From Candidatus Saccharimonadota bacterium (GTDB lineage Bacteria; Patescibacteriota; Gracilibacteria; Absconditabacterales; Absconditicoccaceae): DNA of 32,000 bases. Made by a program: the position numbers and the translations under genes. Below the pieces are notes generated by a model. That model was not told the origin of the DNA. It saw only the letters and a program-made list of their open reading frames with translations, and made no database searches. This document shows, one piece after another, positions 29,041-32,000 of this stretch (position 1 is the first letter of the stretch; every line of letters starts with the position of its first letter). Location of the stretch: positions 840,001 to 872,000 of the forward strand of contig JAUIDC010000001.1 of NCBI GenBank assembly GCA_030429145.1, given 5' to 3'.

Positions 29041-30174
29041 CTATTTAAAGAATACCTTCTTATAGATCATCTCTACAAGTATCTTGATCGCATTGCCATT
29101 TTTCTGTCATTTGGAAAGACTGTACTCGGTATATTTAATATGCACCGGCACCTCTTTATATGCAATCTTATTTCTTCTAATGCAATCAAGCAGTTCAGAC
29201 GCATAGGTCATACCATCTGAGCTCAAGGTTATTTTACTGAGAGTACTAACATGGAGTGCTCTGTAGCCGTTGTGCGGATCGCTGACACGGAGTCTATTGA
29301 AAATCAGCGTCACTAATTTTGACCCCCACAGCACAATCTTTCTTCCTACAGGCATATTTTCCGCTTCGCCTCCCTTGATAAATCTTGAACCAAGAAACGC
29401 TTTCACTGAAGAGTGTGCCTGAATATATGAGTGGAATACATCCATATCAGCAATATCCATCTGCCCATCTGCATCAAAAGTCACAACCCATGAGATAGCA
29501 AGACGGTCATAATTACTCTGAAGAAATGAGAGGCCTGTCTTATTTGCGGCACCTCCTCCTCTATTTATTGCGTGAGAAAGAAGCAATATCGTTACATTAT
29601 CTTCATATTTTTCTATCAATCATTTTACCTGTTCATAGGTATTGTCCGTACTACCATCGTTTACTACAACTATCTTCTTATAGCCTGCGGCTACGATCTC
29701 ATCGATCGTGTTTGCTATCGTCTTTCACTCATTGTATGCTCTGATCAGAAAACAGTACGCATCTTTTTCGCTGTCACTCGTAGGCGTAATAGTTCCTTCT
29801 CTCTGCTGCAGTGCAAGAGCTGAAACAAGTCTCGTAGAGTGGAACTTTTGCTTCGTGAGCTCATTGAGCATCTCAAAGTAGAAGTATCCAAGAACAATGA
29901 GTGCACCATAGACGATAATATCAGCGACTCTTGCCACACCAAACACCTCTGCAAACGACTCTTGAAATCCAGGATAGAAAATACTAAGTAGTACAAGTGC
30001 TGTACCACCAACAAAGATGAGAAAGTGGATGAAATTGAGCCTTCTTCTTTGCAGTCCATCGATGGCAAAGAGCAAAAAGAGGATACTCGCTATGATCAGG
30101 ATAAAGCTCAAAGGACTCATGTACAAAAATGAGAAAACACATATAAATAAGGATATATGTTGGTTTTTACTCAT
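29041..30174 (-). CDS. Fusion of an N-terminal DUF2304-like membrane domain with a family 2 glycosyltransferase (377 aa)
   Basis: Track ORFs 29725-30174 and 29107-29619 are in the same frame and are joined by TGAs at 29725 and 29620, with a third at 29107. The N-terminal ~110 aa contain 3-4 TM helices followed by LVSALALQQ, resembling DUF2304. The rest reads ...IVVVNDGSTDNT...FDADGQ...DPHNGYRA (GT2). TAG stop at 29041-29043. Confidence 0.7.
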
Positions 30175-30201
30175 TTATAAGGCAATTGCAACGAAAAGGG
30201 A

Positions 30202-31383
30202 TTAGTTCTTTTTCGTTATTTTTGCAGAAAATATTTGGTCGTAGACTTGGATATCTATCTCGTCACCTGGCTCCAGTTTTTGTACATTGTCTTTCGACAA
30301 GTATGCTCCTTGCTGCATGAGCAATGCATAGCCACTTTGTAGTATCTTTGTAGGAGAGCTCGCCACGATCGTATGATACCACGCATCGATCTGGACTCTT
30401 GTGTGTTGCAGTAGCCCTTTTGCAGCCCTTACTATCTGTCACTGCCAGAGATCTATGTTATCTCTCATACGTATCAGTTTCTCTGTGCTGAGCGTGATGA
30501 TACTATCATAGAGCACAGTAATATTTTCTTCCCACTCTTCAAGGAGTTCAGTCAACTTATATGCAGCATCTGTAGGTGTTTTTGCTCCATACCAAGCGAT
30601 GTCCTGTAAGACAGTTTTATCTTGAGTATGGCCTACAGCAACGATGACCGGCACAGGCATCAGACAGATCATTTTTGCTATCTCGAAATCATTCTGCCAG
30701 GCCATCCCGCTACTCTCTCCTCCTCCACGAATGATCGCTACAGCGCTAAATTGTTCACCATCTTTTATATCTGTCATAATAGTAGTTAACTGTTCCTGGA
30801 CCTCTGCAATAGCATTGTTCCCGTGCATGGCACAGAGATACTCTTTGTATTCAATATTATAGCCAGATTGTGCTGCAATAGTGTAAAAATCCTTTAGTCA
30901 TGCAGCATCTTGCGCCGATATGATAGCGATCTTGTATGGTGGATATGTTCGTGAAAGATATTTATTGTTATAGATTATTTGTAGTTTTTGTAATTTTTGG
31001 AGAATATCCTCTTGTTTTTTTTGCAAATGGCCGAGTGTGTACTCTGCGCTGAGTTCATTGATGATAATGCTTATCCCATAGTCTTTATGAAACGAAAACT
31101 TCCCGTAAAAGAGCACCTTTAAGCCTGTCATCTCTGAAACGTCTCTCAGTTTTGTCTCACGAAGAAACTGTGCATAGATACTCTCTTGAAAGATACACCC
31201 CTTCACCTTCGCAACGATTTTTCCCTCCTCGTCGTACTCCACGAGCTCCGCATAGACATTTTTGCCTTTTTGCTGTATCTTTAAAATCTCTGCTCTTCAC
31301 CAAAAATCAAAGCCTCAAACAACAGCCTTGAAACTTCTGTCCAATATATCGAGCAACGCCGAAAGCGAGTATTGCATTTCCAT
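30202..31383 (-). CDS. xseA: Exodeoxyribonuclease VII large subunit (393 aa)
   Basis: ATG at 31381-31383 is in frame with track ORFs 30898-31242 and 30439-30828. The sequence runs MEMQYSLSALLDILDRSFKAVV[G]GFDFW[G]RAEILKIQQKGKNVYAELVE... (OB fold), then ...IAIISAQDAA[G]LKDF...IIRGGGE...AVGHTQDKTVLQDIA. Four in-frame TGAs. TAA stop at 30202-30204. Confidence 0.8.
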
Positions 31384-31395
31384 AATTGTAGTATA

Positions 31396-31418
31396 CAAAA
31401 AAGTGACTGCAAAGCCAC
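31396..31418 (-). terminator. Weak terminator after the pilin gene
   Basis: The minus-strand RNA reads GUGGC, loop UUUGCA, GUCAC (5 bp with one G-U pair), then U6, running directly into the xseA -10 box. Confidence 0.3.
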
Positions 31419-31433
31419 CTTTTTGTTTTTCTC

Positions 31434-31988
31434 TTATTGATTTTTTACATTTGGGGAGAGATCGTAGATAGATCATGAGTATGGTCCGCACCAGTCATTG
31501 GTATCGTTGAGAAATTTTCGTCACTGCACAGCACACCTGTCGGGGTCGTTTGGGTTTTCGAGTTTTGTTAACAGATCATAGGTATGTTTCGGTGAATTAT
31601 AGACTCCATAATAGGTGTATGTTCTAGTTGTTGCTCCAAATGCTACACCACCAGGAGTGTTGATCGGATCGACAGGCACAGAAGTCATATAGCCACTTAT
31701 AAACGCTGACCAACCAGTACTTGTACTATATGTATAGTGATTGGTATTGTAACTAGCTCATGCATATGGTAGCGGATATGTCGTGTTATCAACAAAGTAT
31801 ATCTCTAACGCATTATAGATATTTCTCAGATCAGTTTTTCTTTTTGTATCCCTTGCTCTCTCCTGCACAGATGTCAGTCTTGGAACAAGAGCTGCAGCTA
31901 AAATACCGATAATCACTATGACTATCAGCATTTCGATGAGTGTAAATGTTTTTTTTCTTTGCAAAAAAGTGCAGATATTATCTTTCAT
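31434..31988 (-). CDS. Type IV pilin / pseudopilin-like protein with a prepilin-type N-terminal domain (184 aa)
   Basis: Begins MKDNICTFLQRKKTFTLIEMLIVIVIIGILAAALVP (class III signal and hydrophobic helix). Track ORF 31758-31988 continues through three TGAs to TAA at 31434-31436. A C-terminal Cys pair (DRCAVQ...NDWCG) fits a pilin disulfide loop. Confidence 0.75.
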
Positions 31989-32000
31989 TAATTCTCTTTC

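Noticed and set aside
1-32000. Massive pseudogenisation of a standard-code genome, suggested by the many internal TGA stops.
   Set aside because: Interruptions are exclusively TGA and never TAA, TAG or frameshifts. They sit on conserved Gly positions, and the gene pieces are always in the same frame. Decay would not be this selective.
1-32000. TGA read as tryptophan (table 4, Mycoplasma-like).
   Set aside because: At sites that can be judged against well-known motifs (RGFVFPGS in GlyRS, VMEGK and GAGAAG in malic enzyme, EGFG in GT4, GxGxG in the methyltransferase) the expected residue is Gly. Trp is encoded by TGG at typical Trp positions.
1-32000. CRISPR arrays, rRNA or tRNA genes, transposases, integrases, or known defence-system genes.
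   Set aside because: I saw no direct-repeat/spacer periodicity, no T-loop (GGTTCGAATCC-like) or cloverleaf candidates in intergenic regions, and no recombinase, nuclease or defence motifs in the table-25 translations. This was a visual scan only, so small RNAs could have been missed.

Overview
This 32 kb window comes from a low-GC bacterial genome that reads TGA as a sense codon. The best fit is glycine (translation table 25), which is known only from Gracilibacteria/BD1-5 and Absconditabacteria/SR1-type candidate-phyla lineages. Under the standard code most genes here break into same-frame pieces separated only by TGA. Reading TGA as Gly fuses them into about 33 full-length genes, and all but one end in TAA or TAG. 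The supplied ORF track therefore misleads for much of the window.

Gene content, left to right:
- Housekeeping and small genes: adk 3' end, a hypothetical, glycyl-tRNA synthetase, a secreted HExxH metallopeptidase-like protein, a small hypothetical, and ClpC (863 aa once its two pieces are joined).
- An orphan Avd-like four-helix-bundle protein and a hidden YtxH-like miniprotein.
- A block of four TGA-free lineage-specific ORFs, two with near-consensus promoters and three followed directly by a strong terminator, interrupted by a SpoT-N-like HD hydrolase.
- A 422-aa secreted Cys-repeat/SLH cell-surface protein that is invisible in the ORF track because it carries 19 in-frame TGA codons.
- A short-form malic enzyme.
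- A 17-gene surface-glycan locus (13058-30174) built as two convergent operons. It holds a Wzx-like flippase, five GT2, two GT4, one GT9 heptosyltransferase-like protein, one GT-C-like membrane transferase, GtrA, two FkbM and one class I methyltransferase, and gmhA plus an RfaE-domain-I heptose kinase.
- xseA and a type IV pilin-like gene.

No rRNA, tRNA, CRISPR array or mobile element was seen.

Items most worth follow-up:
- The recoding itself, and the fossil TGA stops it left behind at ATGA gene junctions.
- One ORF that still ends in TGA immediately before a canonical terminator.
- A structured leader plus a thrice-repeated 11-12-mer around the last GT2 gene, which could be an RNA switch or a DNA inversion site.
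- Heptose/GT9 chemistry beside an SLH protein that has a Tyr/Ser/Thr/Pro linker.

All coordinates and counts were derived by hand from the sequence.
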